A stretch of 51,309 nt of DNA from Euryarchaeota archaeon UBA250 (GTDB taxonomy: Archaea > Thermoplasmatota > Poseidoniia > Poseidoniales > Thalassarchaeaceae). Position 1 is the first letter of the stretch. Each line of letters begins with the position of its first letter. Positions 17,726 through 27,074 of this stretch are shown piece by piece. Both the position numbers and the translations under genes were made by a program. The notes beneath the pieces were generated by a model. The model was not told where the DNA came from and made no database searches. It saw only the letters and a list, made by a program, of their open reading frames with translations. The stretch covers positions 1 to 51,309 of the forward strand of contig DATW01000044.1 of assembly GCA_002504845.1 (NCBI GenBank). The letters run 5' to 3'.

Positions 17726-18310
17726 GTTTCCATCAGTCGAGACTCTGAGTAGTGACGATTCTGAGACATTGTGCAATCCTCTTGTTGAGAGTGAGAAAAA
17801 CTCGTCTTCAATCGACCATCTCCCACCTTTTAGTGTAACAGATTCACAAGGCTCAAGAGCAAAAACTGAGAAGTCCTTTCCAGGTTCAATATCGATCAAA
17901 AAATCAACACAACCAGGAGCAACTCTGTAACTCACAGTTTGACTGGAGTGAAGCCTCATTGTGACTTCATCAGGGGCCTCAACGACTGAACCCCATATCC
18001 CTAGTTGATGCCCCTCGCATCCACCCTCTATCCCAATCACATCCATCTGGTCATATCCTTTCTTGTACAGGTATCGAATAGCCTTCGAAAGATCACTGGA
18101 TTCCTGATTTCCAAGTTGAATTTTCTCGACTCCTTCATGTGAATTTTCAGTCGAGTCCAGATCGCCGAGAATAAGGTCAACTTGGACGCCAGCTCTTTGT
18201 GCTCGATCACTGCCTCCGTCGATTCCCACTATCAGGTCGGCTTCAGAGATGATCGATCTCTGGATATCCGCGGTTGGCCCATTCGAGTTAAGCCACAATA
18301 CAGCGCGCAT
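17702..18310 (-). CDS. Thiamine pyrophosphokinase
   Basis: LIVGIDGGSDRA and LILGDLDS match the TPK catalytic GDxDS motif. A C-terminal B1-binding-like beta region is present. Its ATG overlaps the upstream gene's TAA stop by 1 nt (TAATG). Confidence 0.65.
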   Translation of the reverse strand: MRAVLWLNSNGPTADIQRSIISEADLIVGIDGGSDRAQRAGVQVDLILGDLDSTENSHEGVEKIQLGNQESSDLSKAIRYLYKKGYDQMDVIGIEGGCEGHQLGIWGSVVEAPDEVTMRLHSSQTVSYRVAPGCVDFLIDIEPGKDFSVFALEPCESVTLKGGRWSIEDEFFSLSTRGLHNVSESSLLRVSTDGNLIVVVHR

Positions 18311-19326
18311 TACCTAGACCTCGACATGTATTTTCCATCTATGACGAGGGCCTTGCCATCAATTTCGATCGTTGGTTTGATGAGGAGCCCCCTGACATTG
18401 GTTGAAACATTTGCAGAGCCACCAAGACCCACATTGTTGCCAAACGCAAACATGGCGCCCCCCCTCCAGCATTGATCTTCAAGAAGACCGAGACCTCTTT
18501 TGGCTCTTGGATTCATGCCGAAACTGAACTCTGAGAAGGTTCTGACAAGATGCCCCTTCCCCGATCGCATTCCCTCCGAGGCCAATTCGAATTCTGATTC
18601 AATGTCTGCAGAAATAGAATCGCCCGTTGCAGATGATAACAACCCGTCTTTGACCGTAATCTGAAGTGGCTTCCCAAGCTCACTGCCTTCCCATGACCCA
18701 TCGAGAATGAGCCTTCCTTGAGCAGTGCCCTCCTTGGGCATGACAAATACCCTCCCAGCAGGCAGATTCGTGACTTGCCCCGGGCGAGTGCAGATGCCAG
18801 TATCCTCCAATATCCATCTACTTCCCGCTTGGAAGCGTAAATCAGTTCCAAGAGAACTTGTGACTCTGACTTCACGCGCTCTTCGAAGCCTGGATCCCAT
18901 ACTCGCGATTTCAGTCGCCATTGCGTTATGGTCTGCTGTAAATCCGCCTCTGGCAAATGACTCAACTCCAACCCCTGGAATTGATGCTATTCTTGCACCC
19001 TCTCTTGAGGCCGTAGCCCTCGCCCTTGTGTGTGTCATCGACTTCGTGGTCAGGAGGAATATCACGTCCTGCCTCTTCATCAGATCGGATACCGGGGAAG
19101 GCGGCTCAATCCCTTGCTCTTCGAGTTCCGGCATCATCATCATTAGTACTCTTGAAGTCACTTCAGAAGACGCCTCATACACCGCTCTTGCAATTTTTGT
19201 AGTCTTGGTGTCAGTTACGATAAGCACGTTCTCATGCTCTCTAACCTCCAAGCAGGAATGGATTACCGTCCTCGCAGATATCAGTAGGTCTTCCTCACTA
19301 ACATCTATTCCGCTTGATTCAGCCAT
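18310..19326 (-). CDS. M29 family aminopeptidase (aminopeptidase T/S-like)
   Basis: Matching segments are ENVLIVTDTKTTKIARAVYEAS, GTDLRFQAG, NLPAGRVFVMPKEGTAQGRLILDGS and EFSFGMNPRA...GGAMFAFGNN. The ORF-track start at 19407 is a TTG inside an AT-rich promoter-like stretch. ATG 19326 (MAESSG...) is preceded by GGGGGT, so it was used. Confidence 0.7.
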   Translation of the reverse strand: MAESSGIDVSEEDLLISARTVIHSCLEVREHENVLIVTDTKTTKIARAVYEASSEVTSRVLMMMMPELEEQGIEPPSPVSDLMKRQDVIFLLTTKSMTHTRARATASREGARIASIPGVGVESFARGGFTADHNAMATEIASMGSRLRRAREVRVTSSLGTDLRFQAGSRWILEDTGICTRPGQVTNLPAGRVFVMPKEGTAQGRLILDGSWEGSELGKPLQITVKDGLLSSATGDSISADIESEFELASEGMRSGKGHLVRTFSEFSFGMNPRAKRGLGLLEDQCWRGGAMFAFGNNVGLGGSANVSTNVRGLLIKPTIEIDGKALVIDGKYMSRSR

Positions 19327-19424
19327 GCTCGCAATACCCCCGATACAACGCTGGCTCACGGTCGACCTTGGTAAAACGTCTGTATCAAAATATACTAAAT
19401 TTATCAAATCATAATACCAAGTTG

Positions 19425-19431
19425 TTCATAT
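19425..19431 (+). promoter_or_regulatory. Candidate TATA-like box (TTCATAT) for the beta-propeller protein gene
   Basis: It begins exactly 30 nt upstream of ATG 19455, consistent with a leaderless transcript. Confidence 0.45.
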
Positions 19432-19454
19432 CCTCAAAGTTCCTAGTCGCCTCT

Positions 19455-21809
19455 ATGAAGCGCATCTCGACAATCGCTGTGATACTCGCTCTTCTGATGC
19501 AAGGATGCCTCGCATCGGTGAATCCGGATGATGAATTATGGCCCTCTGATGGCGATTATCCTAGACTCGAACTATCAGAAAAATCCAGGTCCAGTGCCGT
19601 CCTTCAAAATTTCAATGACTGCGACTCATTGCTACAGACACTCCAACAGAACCTTCTCGATGAGATGGCCGTACGACTCGACCAAGAATCATACTGGCAC
19701 TGGGCTAACCCACTACTACGTGCCGGAGGGGTCTGGTTCGACGATGCTATGGCGGAAGGAGCAGACACCGCTCTAGACAGCACAACTGAATCATCTCCAT
19801 CCAGGGAAGGCGAGTATTCAGGAACCAATAACCAAGAATCTGGTGTAGATGAGGCGGATTTCCTGAAGACAGATGGGTTCCACACATACATGCTCAATGG
19901 TCAATTGTTGTTGATCATGGGAATACCTGAATTCGGACAGATCAACCTCCTAAGTACGATGCAAATCGAAGGAAATCCGATGACAATGATGATTGAAGGA
20001 GATACCATGGTGGTCGCCTCCTCCATATATGGGTGGCAGCTAGAAGAAGGCCATCCCTTGATGCCCATCCTCGCTAAGGAATACACCTATCCGAATTCTG
20101 ATTATGTCTACAAACATTATCGATCTAATTTGGTTAAGTACTCAATCATCGACATAAGCGATAGAAATTCTCCATCCATCCAGCATGAGCTGTACCTAGA
20201 AGGAAACTACAACACTGCTCGCTTGGTGGACGGCACTGTACGAAGCATTACCCATGCACAGATGGATGTCTGGGGTCTGGAGTATTATGTTACTCTTCCA
20301 GACGAATACTGGTCCATTGAAGATGTGTATGAGCGAATGGACGTCTGGAATTCTTCTCTTCTACAGACATTGTCCGATAATCGTGATAGAATCCTGATGC
20401 TAACACTCGAAGATCTTCTCCCCCAAAGATATGTAATGGATGGGAACGATGTAATCACTCTGCCATATTCTGTCAGTGAATGCAACGAGTATGCGGCATC
20501 GTCCGACAGCGTGGCACGGGGCTTCTTATCGATTACAACTTTCGACATATCAAATGATTATGTATCCATGGAGGTCGATCATATAGCATCATCATGGGCC
20601 CACGTGTACGCTTCACCTGATGCGCTGGTTTTCGCTGAACCTGCAAATGACTGGTGGTGGTTTTGGGGCAATGATGAATATGAGGATGCAACTAATATCC
20701 ATGTATTCGATATCTCCCAACCAGGAACAACATCCTATGTTGCGTCTGGCAGAGTATCTGGAACCGTCCAAGATCAGTTTTCGATATCCGAGTTTCAGGG
20801 AGTCATACGAGTCGCCTCAACTACCGATGCGTGGGGGCGTTGGTGGATATCGGATTCTATGAATTCGGAAACCGACGAACCTGTATTCACTGGCCCATCC
20901 AACAGAGTCACTATGCTACAACCAACTTCATCTGGCGATTTAGATCAGATTGGTATAATCGAGGGAATAGCTGATGGGGAGAGGATATGGAGTGCCCGAT
21001 TCATGGGAGACAGAGCATATCTCGTCACATTTGAAAACATAGACCCTCTTTGGGTTCTAGATCTGTCTGATCCTGTCAACCCCATCATACTGGGTGAGTT
21101 GGAGGTCCCCGGGGTCTCAACATACATCCATCCTGTTGATGAGGACACCCTCCTGACTATCGGAATTGGACCGGGTGATGACGGTCTTGGACTCGATTGG
21201 TCTATGACTCAAATATCCCTCTTCGACGTCAGCGATCCTACGAATCCGACATTGGCCGACTCTCTGCCGATATCGCCAGTTTACGCGGATGATGATTGCC
21301 AAAATATCCGTACCTGCGGGTGGTCTTGGTCGTGGTCGGAAGCAACATACGAACACAAGGCATTCACATATTGGGCACCAGAAAATATGCTTGCAGTACC
21401 GCTATCCACATATCGATACGTGTACGATGAAAACTACTATGACGGTGGTTATGAACACATTTCGATGCTAAAGTTGATTGATGTAGATACGGAAAATCTG
21501 AGCTTATCTGAACACGGCGAAATAGACCACTCATCGTTCTACAACGACGACGATGGACCGAATTGGTGGATCTATAGCACCAGTATCCGCCGGTCGATAT
21601 TCATGGGAGACTACATCTATGCATTCTCCACTCAGGGCGTAACAATCCACAATACCGCTGACCTGACTCATATGCAAGATATGCTAATCCCCGGATCGCC
21701 CTATGTGGAAGATGTAGGGGAAGAAGAGTCTGAACAGGAGTCAAACGGGTCCTCGGGAGAAGATGAACCATGTCCAGATGGCTCTGAAGGAGATTCCTGC
21801 CAAGATTAG
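19455..21809 (+). CDS. Secreted/lipoprotein-like beta-propeller domain protein (Beta_propel family pattern)
   Basis: The signal peptide has a lipobox-like LLMQGC. Family landmarks are SGTNNQESGVDEADFLKTDGFHTYML and ERIWSARFMGDRAYLVTFENIDPLWVLDLSDPVNPIILGELEVPGVSTYIHPVDEDTLLTIG. The C-terminal tail is acidic. The start was trimmed from 19314. Confidence 0.85.
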   Translation: MKRISTIAVILALLMQGCLASVNPDDELWPSDGDYPRLELSEKSRSSAVLQNFNDCDSLLQTLQQNLLDEMAVRLDQESYWHWANPLLRAGGVWFDDAMAEGADTALDSTTESSPSREGEYSGTNNQESGVDEADFLKTDGFHTYMLNGQLLLIMGIPEFGQINLLSTMQIEGNPMTMMIEGDTMVVASSIYGWQLEEGHPLMPILAKEYTYPNSDYVYKHYRSNLVKYSIIDISDRNSPSIQHELYLEGNYNTARLVDGTVRSITHAQMDVWGLEYYVTLPDEYWSIEDVYERMDVWNSSLLQTLSDNRDRILMLTLEDLLPQRYVMDGNDVITLPYSVSECNEYAASSDSVARGFLSITTFDISNDYVSMEVDHIASSWAHVYASPDALVFAEPANDWWWFWGNDEYEDATNIHVFDISQPGTTSYVASGRVSGTVQDQFSISEFQGVIRVASTTDAWGRWWISDSMNSETDEPVFTGPSNRVTMLQPTSSGDLDQIGIIEGIADGERIWSARFMGDRAYLVTFENIDPLWVLDLSDPVNPIILGELEVPGVSTYIHPVDEDTLLTIGIGPGDDGLGLDWSMTQISLFDVSDPTNPTLADSLPISPVYADDDCQNIRTCGWSWSWSEATYEHKAFTYWAPENMLAVPLSTYRYVYDENYYDGGYEHISMLKLIDVDTENLSLSEHGEIDHSSFYNDDDGPNWWIYSTSIRRSIFMGDYIYAFSTQGVTIHNTADLTHMQDMLIPGSPYVEDVGEEESEQESNGSSGEDEPCPDGSEGDSCQD

Positions 21810-23182
21810 AGTCGGTTGAACTTCAATACCCTTCCAGTAGAACCAGGTTCAGCCACAGATATCCCTTTTAGAGATCCTCCGACCTCTCGTCTGTGAACTA
21901 TTTCTCCATCTACGATGGTGTATATCGGCCACCCTGTCAGCTCTCTTCCCGCATAGGGCGTCCATCCTACCTTTGTCCATGTATCTTCATCAGAGATGAT
22001 CCGGTGCGTCTCCAGATCAACCAGTGTCAAATCAGCATCGTATCCTTCTATTATCGATCCTTTCTTCTCGACTCCGTAGACCTTTGCTGGCCCTTCACAC
22101 ATCCAATTCACTACGTCCGTGACACTACATTTCCCGCCTACTGCGTGAGTGAGCATCACAGGCAGCGATGTTTCAACCCCCGGCATTCCAGCCGGGGCTC
22201 TGGGGAAACCAGCTGATTTGGCTTCCAATGTATGCGGGGCATGGTCTGTCACAATGCAATCTATGGTGCCGTCTTTGAGGCGCTTCCAGAGGGTCTCCCT
22301 ATCCTCTGTGTACCTGATTGGGGGATTCATCAGGGCTCTAACGCCTAGTTTTTCAACGTCATCTTGGTCAAAGGTTAGGTGCTGGGTACAAACTTCGGTT
22401 GTGATTAAATCACCTTTATTTCCTACTAACCAATCTGCTTCTGTGGCGCTGGTAAGATGCACGATATGTAATCGATGATCATAATCGCGTGCCAGACCAG
22501 CCGCGCGCTTCGTCGCCAGGAAAGCACACTCCACATCTCGACATTCGGCATGGGCCGCAATATCCGTGCGACGTGCATACTCGCTTATTCGAGTTTGGAG
22601 GCGAGCCTCATCTTCCGCATGGGTTGCAATGATCCCTCCTGTATTTGAGAAGATATTTTCCAGATGCCTTTGCTCATGGACAAGCAAATCTCCTGTGCTG
22701 CTCCCCATGAAAACCTTGATTCCACAAACTCCATCCATCCCTTCTACGTCCTGCAAATCACTCACATTATCCTTAGTCGCACCGACAAAGAAACCATGGT
22801 GAGTCACAGTTTTCTTCGCAGCCAGGGCAATTTTTGCCTCGAGAGTTGCCCGATTAGTGGCATTGGGTATGTTATTTGGCATATCCAAGAATGAAGTTAC
22901 ACCACCGGCAGCAGCAGCGCGACTCCCGCTCCGAAGATCTTCTTTTTCAGGCTGACCAGGCTCCCGGAAGTGCACATGTGGATCAATAACGCCCGGAAGT
23001 AGATGTAATCCCGTGGCATCGATAGTATACTCGCCATTTTGCGGCTCTAAACCACCGCCAGGCGCAATAGTGGCGATTGAACCATTAGTAACTCGAAGGT
23101 CCCCCCTTGTCACTCCATCAGGCAAAACTAACGATGCATTTTGAATCAGCATATGGCCGGTCATGTGTGGTTCCAATGTCAC
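21806..23182 (-). CDS. pyrC: Dihydroorotase
   Basis: Motifs VIDPHVHFREPG, GGVTSFLDMPN and VTDHAPHT. The candidate starts are GTG 23182 (has ATGAAAAC about 30 nt upstream), ATG 23164 and ATG 23152. Confidence 0.9.
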   Translation of the reverse strand: MTLEPHMTGHMLIQNASLVLPDGVTRGDLRVTNGSIATIAPGGGLEPQNGEYTIDATGLHLLPGVIDPHVHFREPGQPEKEDLRSGSRAAAAGGVTSFLDMPNNIPNATNRATLEAKIALAAKKTVTHHGFFVGATKDNVSDLQDVEGMDGVCGIKVFMGSSTGDLLVHEQRHLENIFSNTGGIIATHAEDEARLQTRISEYARRTDIAAHAECRDVECAFLATKRAAGLARDYDHRLHIVHLTSATEADWLVGNKGDLITTEVCTQHLTFDQDDVEKLGVRALMNPPIRYTEDRETLWKRLKDGTIDCIVTDHAPHTLEAKSAGFPRAPAGMPGVETSLPVMLTHAVGGKCSVTDVVNWMCEGPAKVYGVEKKGSIIEGYDADLTLVDLETHRIISDEDTWTKVGWTPYAGRELTGWPIYTIVDGEIVHRREVGGSLKGISVAEPGSTGRVLKFNRL

Positions 23183-23244
23183 CGTAATGCAGCCATCACA
23201 ATACTGTTTTCATTATGGGAATAACATTCTATCTCCCCGCTCGC

Positions 23245-23251
23245 TTCAAAT
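23245..23251 (+). promoter_or_regulatory. Candidate TATA-like box (TTCAAAT) for tRNA-iMet
   Basis: It begins exactly 30 nt upstream of the mature tRNA 5' end at 23275. Confidence 0.45.
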
Positions 23252-23274
23252 AAGCGATGGCACAGCGAACAAGC

Positions 23275-23352
23275 AGCGGGTTGGAGTAGTCAGGTTATCT
23301 CGTCGGGCTCATAACCCGGAGACCGGTGGTTCAAATCCACCATCCGCTACCA
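23275..23352 (+). tRNA. Initiator tRNA-Met (anticodon CAT at 23310-23312), CCA encoded
   Basis: The cloverleaf was folded by hand. The acceptor stem is AGCGGGT/ATCCGCT with A1:U72. The anticodon stem is TCGGG/CCCGG, giving three G:C pairs next to loop CTCATAA. The T arm is GGTGG-TTCAAAT-CCACC and the variable loop is 5 nt. A11:U24, discriminator A and CCA at 23350-23352 are also present. Confidence 0.9.
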
Positions 23353-23456
23353 CATCCATTTCAAAGTGAACGTGAGTTGAAAGTGAATATTCGATAGACT
23401 CAGAGCCATCTTCATGTTGAAAAATACAATTCTAGTAAACAAGGGTCAATGCGTGT

Positions 23457-23463
23457 TTCATAT
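23457..23463 (+). promoter_or_regulatory. Candidate TATA-like box (TTCATAT) for radA
   Basis: It begins exactly 30 nt upstream of ATG 23487. Confidence 0.45.
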
Positions 23464-23486
23464 ACCCTCGTTGCTGAGATAAGGAT

Positions 23487-24488
23487 ATGGCATCAAAGAA
23501 GACCACACAGAAAATCGAAGACGAAGAGATAGTAATCGATGCTGAAGATGAAGAACCAGGCATCGAAGATTTACCGGGCGTAGGGCCAGCAACTGCAGAG
23601 AAACTCAGAGAAGCAGGATTCGACGAACTCATGACTATTGCAGTCATGAGTCCGAAAGAACTCGGAGATCAAGCAGAATTAGGCGAAGCTGTTGCATCCA
23701 AAATAATTGCAGGCGCTAAGAAGATGGTAAATGTCGGTGGTTTCGTAAGCGGGGTCTCTCTTCTCGAACGCCGTTCCCAAGTCCAAAAATTGACATCTGG
23801 AGCCGCCGCTCTCGATGAACTCCTTGGAGGTGGTTTCGAGACCCAGGCAATTGTCGAGGTCTTCGGAGAGTTTGGCAGTGGAAAGACGCAGATAGGGCAC
23901 CAACTCGCAGTCAATACGATCTTGCCAATTGCCCAAGGAGGATTTGATGGAGAAGTATTCTACATAGACACAGAAGACACATTCAGACCCGAAAGAATTG
24001 CTCAGATGGCGGAAGGGGCGGGACTAGATCCTAATGCTGTATTGGACAGAATACATGTTGCAAGAGCATACAACTCTGCCCATCAGATGCTACTCGTAGA
24101 CGAGATTAAGAGAATGTCGAAAAGCATCGATGTTAAGATGGTCATTGTAGATTCACTGACCAGCCATTTCCGAGCTGAGTATGTTGGGAGAGGCATGCTC
24201 GCAGACAGACAACAGAAATTGAACAAGCATCTCAAAGAACTCAAGCAACTTTCCGATGTGAACAACGCACTCGTACTTGTCACAAATCAGGTGATGTCGA
24301 ATCCAGGGACAATGTGGGGAGATCCAACTAAGGCGATTGGCGGACATATTGTGGGTCATGCAAGCACATTCAGGCTTTACTTGCGTAAGTCAAAGGGCGG
24401 CAGGAGAATAGCCAGACTAATTGATAGCCCAAATCTTCCAGAGGGCGAAGCTGTATTCACAGTCACAGCAGAAGGAATCAGAGAGTAA
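23487..24488 (+). CDS. radA: DNA repair and recombination protein RadA
   Basis: The N-terminal HhH is [18 protein letters not shown], Walker A is GEFGSGKTQ and Walker B is KMVIVDSL. The length and order are typical of archaeal RadA, apart from a short acidic N-terminal extension. Confidence 0.95.
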   Translation: MASKKTTQKIEDEEIVIDAEDEEPGIEDLPGVGPATAEKLREAGFDELMTIAVMSPKELGDQAELGEAVASKIIAGAKKMVNVGGFVSGVSLLERRSQVQKLTSGAAALDELLGGGFETQAIVEVFGEFGSGKTQIGHQLAVNTILPIAQGGFDGEVFYIDTEDTFRPERIAQMAEGAGLDPNAVLDRIHVARAYNSAHQMLLVDEIKRMSKSIDVKMVIVDSLTSHFRAEYVGRGMLADRQQKLNKHLKELKQLSDVNNALVLVTNQVMSNPGTMWGDPTKAIGGHIVGHASTFRLYLRKSKGGRRIARLIDSPNLPEGEAVFTVTAEGIRE

Positions 24489-24492
24489 CCGG

Positions 24493-26202
24493 TTAAACAG
24501 AAAGCTCAGAGAGCGATTTTCTGACCGAACTTACGAGATTCCCAATATGCCCCTCGTCGAAACTCAACTCGATGTCTGCTGATTCAAAAAGATGAGGAAG
24601 CGTACGCGTATTGCCGAGTTTCATGGCATTCGCATAATCATTCAGAGCCTTCTCCGGATCATCAAGCTGAGTCATCCATATTTGCAAAGCCCCAAGTTGA
24701 GCTATGCCGTATTCGATGTAGTAGAAAGGCGCCCCAAATAAGTGGCCTTGAGTTTGCCAAAAGAGTGCCTCGTCTTCTTCGAATCCATTCCAGTTTGTCT
24801 TGGGCCCATATTTCGCCCTAAGGTCAAGCCATGCTTTCGAGCGTTCCTCGCGTGTATGGTTTGGATTTGAGTACATCCAGTGTTGAAATGCATCAATTCT
24901 ACATATCCATGCGAGAAGTCCGATAATGGCCTCAAGATGCATCTTCCTCGCACGATCTGTAGTTTCTTTCGAGTCATAGAACTCGCCCCAGTAGGGCTGA
25001 GTAAGAAGTTCCATTGACATCGAAGCAACCTCTGCAAACTCGATTGGATAGTTACGATCCTGTATGAGGTCATGATGACTACAGTACATCGTATGGAAAG
25101 CATGTCCAGCTTCATGAATCATGGTCTCTACATCCCCTTGCTGACCCGATGCATTCATGAAAATGAAAGGGAGTCCGGTTTTTTCCAAATTATACTGGTA
25201 TCCCCCCGGGGCCTTTCCCTTCCTGCTGTCAAGATCCAGAACTTCGCCCTCAATCAGTCGATTGAACATTTCACCCAATTCAGGAGATAGCGAATGGAAG
25301 ACCTTCAGAGTGATTGATACCAAATCATCCACTTCTTCGAAAGGCTGTAGAGGGGGCCGTCCAAAAATATCGGGAGAATCTCCTGACTTCTCATTAACGT
25401 CCCAGGGCATCAACTCATCGTATTCGAAACCATTTCGACGTTCTTCATTTATGCTGTGAATCAAAGGCATACAATGAATCTCTACAGCCTCATGAAACGC
25501 TAGACAATCTTTCGGAGTATAATCAAACCTCTCCATGGAACGGAATGCATAGTCAACATAGTTTTCAAATCCTGAATTAATGGCTATATTGTGCCTTATG
25601 CGGACTAAGTCGTCCATGATTTCAGATATTCTTTCCGAATCGACCATTCTTCTCTCTCTGATTTTCGTCCATGCCAAACGTCGAATATCACGATCATTCG
25701 ATTCCAGGAATTTTCTCATCTGAGGCATCGTACGCTCCATGCCGTCGAATTCTACAGTCATCGCACCAGTAATCTTCTGATATTCCGTGGATAGTCTCGT
25801 ACATTCTACGGATAGGGGGATATTCTCTTCCCTGAATATCTCAATCGAGTTCTGCATGCTTCTTAGAATTAGGTCATAACGTTCCGGAAGGCTACCTAGG
25901 AAGTCAAGGCCTGCTATTTTCAAATCGATCTTATTGGAAACCTCTGACATTTTTGGGCGTACATTTTCTACGAATGACATGAAAGCAGATTGCTTCTCTT
26001 CGTTTTCAGTATCGCAAGTCATCCCGATGTACAATTTTGCACCGGCTTCCGAGACATGCTCCGCCATGTCGGATATATCTTTGAAAAGAGATTCCAAGTC
26101 ATCTGCATCTTCAACCGGACGCTCTAGAAGATTCCTCGCCACAGGCTCCAAATCATTCCACGAGGTGGCATTGAAATCATCTGCGAGGGGAAACATCTCC
26201 AT
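24493..26202 (-). CDS. pepF: M3B oligoendopeptidase F family metallopeptidase
   Basis: The HEAGHAFH zinc motif is present, and the length and helical N-terminal domain are typical of PepF. Confidence 0.88.
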   Translation of the reverse strand: MEMFPLADDFNATSWNDLEPVARNLLERPVEDADDLESLFKDISDMAEHVSEAGAKLYIGMTCDTENEEKQSAFMSFVENVRPKMSEVSNKIDLKIAGLDFLGSLPERYDLILRSMQNSIEIFREENIPLSVECTRLSTEYQKITGAMTVEFDGMERTMPQMRKFLESNDRDIRRLAWTKIRERRMVDSERISEIMDDLVRIRHNIAINSGFENYVDYAFRSMERFDYTPKDCLAFHEAVEIHCMPLIHSINEERRNGFEYDELMPWDVNEKSGDSPDIFGRPPLQPFEEVDDLVSITLKVFHSLSPELGEMFNRLIEGEVLDLDSRKGKAPGGYQYNLEKTGLPFIFMNASGQQGDVETMIHEAGHAFHTMYCSHHDLIQDRNYPIEFAEVASMSMELLTQPYWGEFYDSKETTDRARKMHLEAIIGLLAWICRIDAFQHWMYSNPNHTREERSKAWLDLRAKYGPKTNWNGFEEDEALFWQTQGHLFGAPFYYIEYGIAQLGALQIWMTQLDDPEKALNDYANAMKLGNTRTLPHLFESADIELSFDEGHIGNLVSSVRKSLSELSV

Positions 26203-26205
26203 TCC

Positions 26206-26451
26206 TCAATTGCGATGGGAGTAGGGCCCGATCGGAAGTGGACCATCCTCTCTAGAATACTTCTGACGCTTCCATTTCCTGGCCGCTTCTTGAACCGTTT
26301 CTCTTATTTTTTCCAAGTCTGGATGTTCGGGATTCTCCTTTTCGATCCAGCAAGCGGAGCAATAGCGCACTCCAGCGTGATCAACATAGTTGCTAGGAGT
26401 GCAACCGACACTGCATACAGAGCATTTCCCATAGCCAAGGAATCTGGACAT
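26206..26451 (-). CDS. Small zinc-ribbon protein (CxxC...CxxC), function unknown
   Basis: The 81-aa product has CSVC at the N-terminus and CSAC 18 residues later, followed by a charged helical tail. It ends 3 nt before the pepF start. A CTCATAG box lies 30 nt upstream. Confidence 0.55.
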   Translation of the reverse strand: MSRFLGYGKCSVCSVGCTPSNYVDHAGVRYCSACWIEKENPEHPDLEKIRETVQEAARKWKRQKYSREDGPLPIGPYSHRN

Positions 26452-26491
26452 CGTACATCCCAGAACAGACTCACCTATGAGACTGACTGAT

Positions 26492-27049
26492 TCAGTTAAT
26501 GACTGAATTAGAAAGATGTACTATGAATGCCTCCTCAAGAGATACAAACTCACCCTCATCAACAGAACCCTTGATCTTCCTTAGGCCACTGAGTGTTGGG
26601 ATCGGACGCTCAGGAATCAATACCCCTCCTAGATGCCCAATCAATAGATCAGCATCGTCGCTGAGATCGTTGTAGTATTCCCGCGAGATATTCATTTCAG
26701 CCAGCGGTGAACCATCCGACTCTTCAGGAAGATAGAACAGCCAAGCACGTGAATCCCCCTCGCCTAAACCCGAACGCTTGATCCCTTCAGTGATTTGTCT
26801 TGTCCCGCCAACAATTCTCATAAATTCTGTTTCAGGGCTTCTGGCCACACTTTCTCCACGGGATTCCAGCCTCCTAAGTGCCGTCCATGCTGACCAGGCA
26901 TGATTCTCACTGGCAACGACTCCATCGCCTATCAAACCCCACCTTTCACTGGCCCTCCATTCATGCAGGGATCCAAGAAGGTCATGGATGATAATAGGTT
27001 CATGGAAGCGGATTCCCCATATTGGGAACCATGGAACCATGGTAGTCAT
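26492..27049 (-). CDS. cgi121: KEOPS complex subunit Cgi121-like
   Basis: The core VVASENHAWSAWTAL...ARSPETEFMRIVGGTRQITEGIKRSGL...AWLFYL parallels the archaeal Cgi121 pattern (A..EilvrasGqRQI.eAIk..G), recalled from M. jannaschii Cgi121. Confidence 0.55.
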   Translation of the reverse strand: MTTMVPWFPIWGIRFHEPIIIHDLLGSLHEWRASERWGLIGDGVVASENHAWSAWTALRRLESRGESVARSPETEFMRIVGGTRQITEGIKRSGLGEGDSRAWLFYLPEESDGSPLAEMNISREYYNDLSDDADLLIGHLGGVLIPERPIPTLSGLRKIKGSVDEGEFVSLEEAFIVHLSNSVIN

Positions 27050-27074
27050 GACGGTCCCAGAACGTCACTCAAAA

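Noticed and set aside
18725-19414. Long antisense ORFs lie inside confidently assigned genes: 229 aa opposite the M29 aminopeptidase, plus 11579-12223, 15152-15625, 27673-28170, 30221-30841, 39663-40142 and 43859-44442.
   Set aside because: Their translations are low-complexity S/P/L/R-rich strings with no motifs. They lie fully within genes that have strong homology signals. This is typical of the mirror frame of codon-biased genes.
19425-19435. The exact 11-mer TTCATATCCTC is repeated at 19425-19435 and 41401-41411, which could indicate a dispersed repeat or mobile-element end.
   Set aside because: Exact 11-mer recurrences are expected by chance in 51 kb on two strands. Both copies sit in promoter positions, so they are better explained as similar TATA-like boxes (see the promoter finding).
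23275-23352. The tRNA gene could be an integration site for a mobile element.
   Set aside because: I found no duplicated copy of the tRNA 3' half elsewhere in the window. No integrase or recombinase ORF is present, and the flanking genes (pyrC, radA) are core housekeeping genes.
23163-23369. A 68-aa ORF spans the pyrC-radA spacer.
   Set aside because: It is entirely explained by the tRNA-iMet gene and its flanks, so it is spurious.
23363-23387. The direct repeat AAAGTGAA occurs twice, 17 nt apart, just downstream of the tRNA.
   Set aside because: It is only 8 nt long with no third copy or palindromic partner. It lies about 100 nt upstream of the radA start, beyond the putative -30 box. This is too weak to call a regulatory site.
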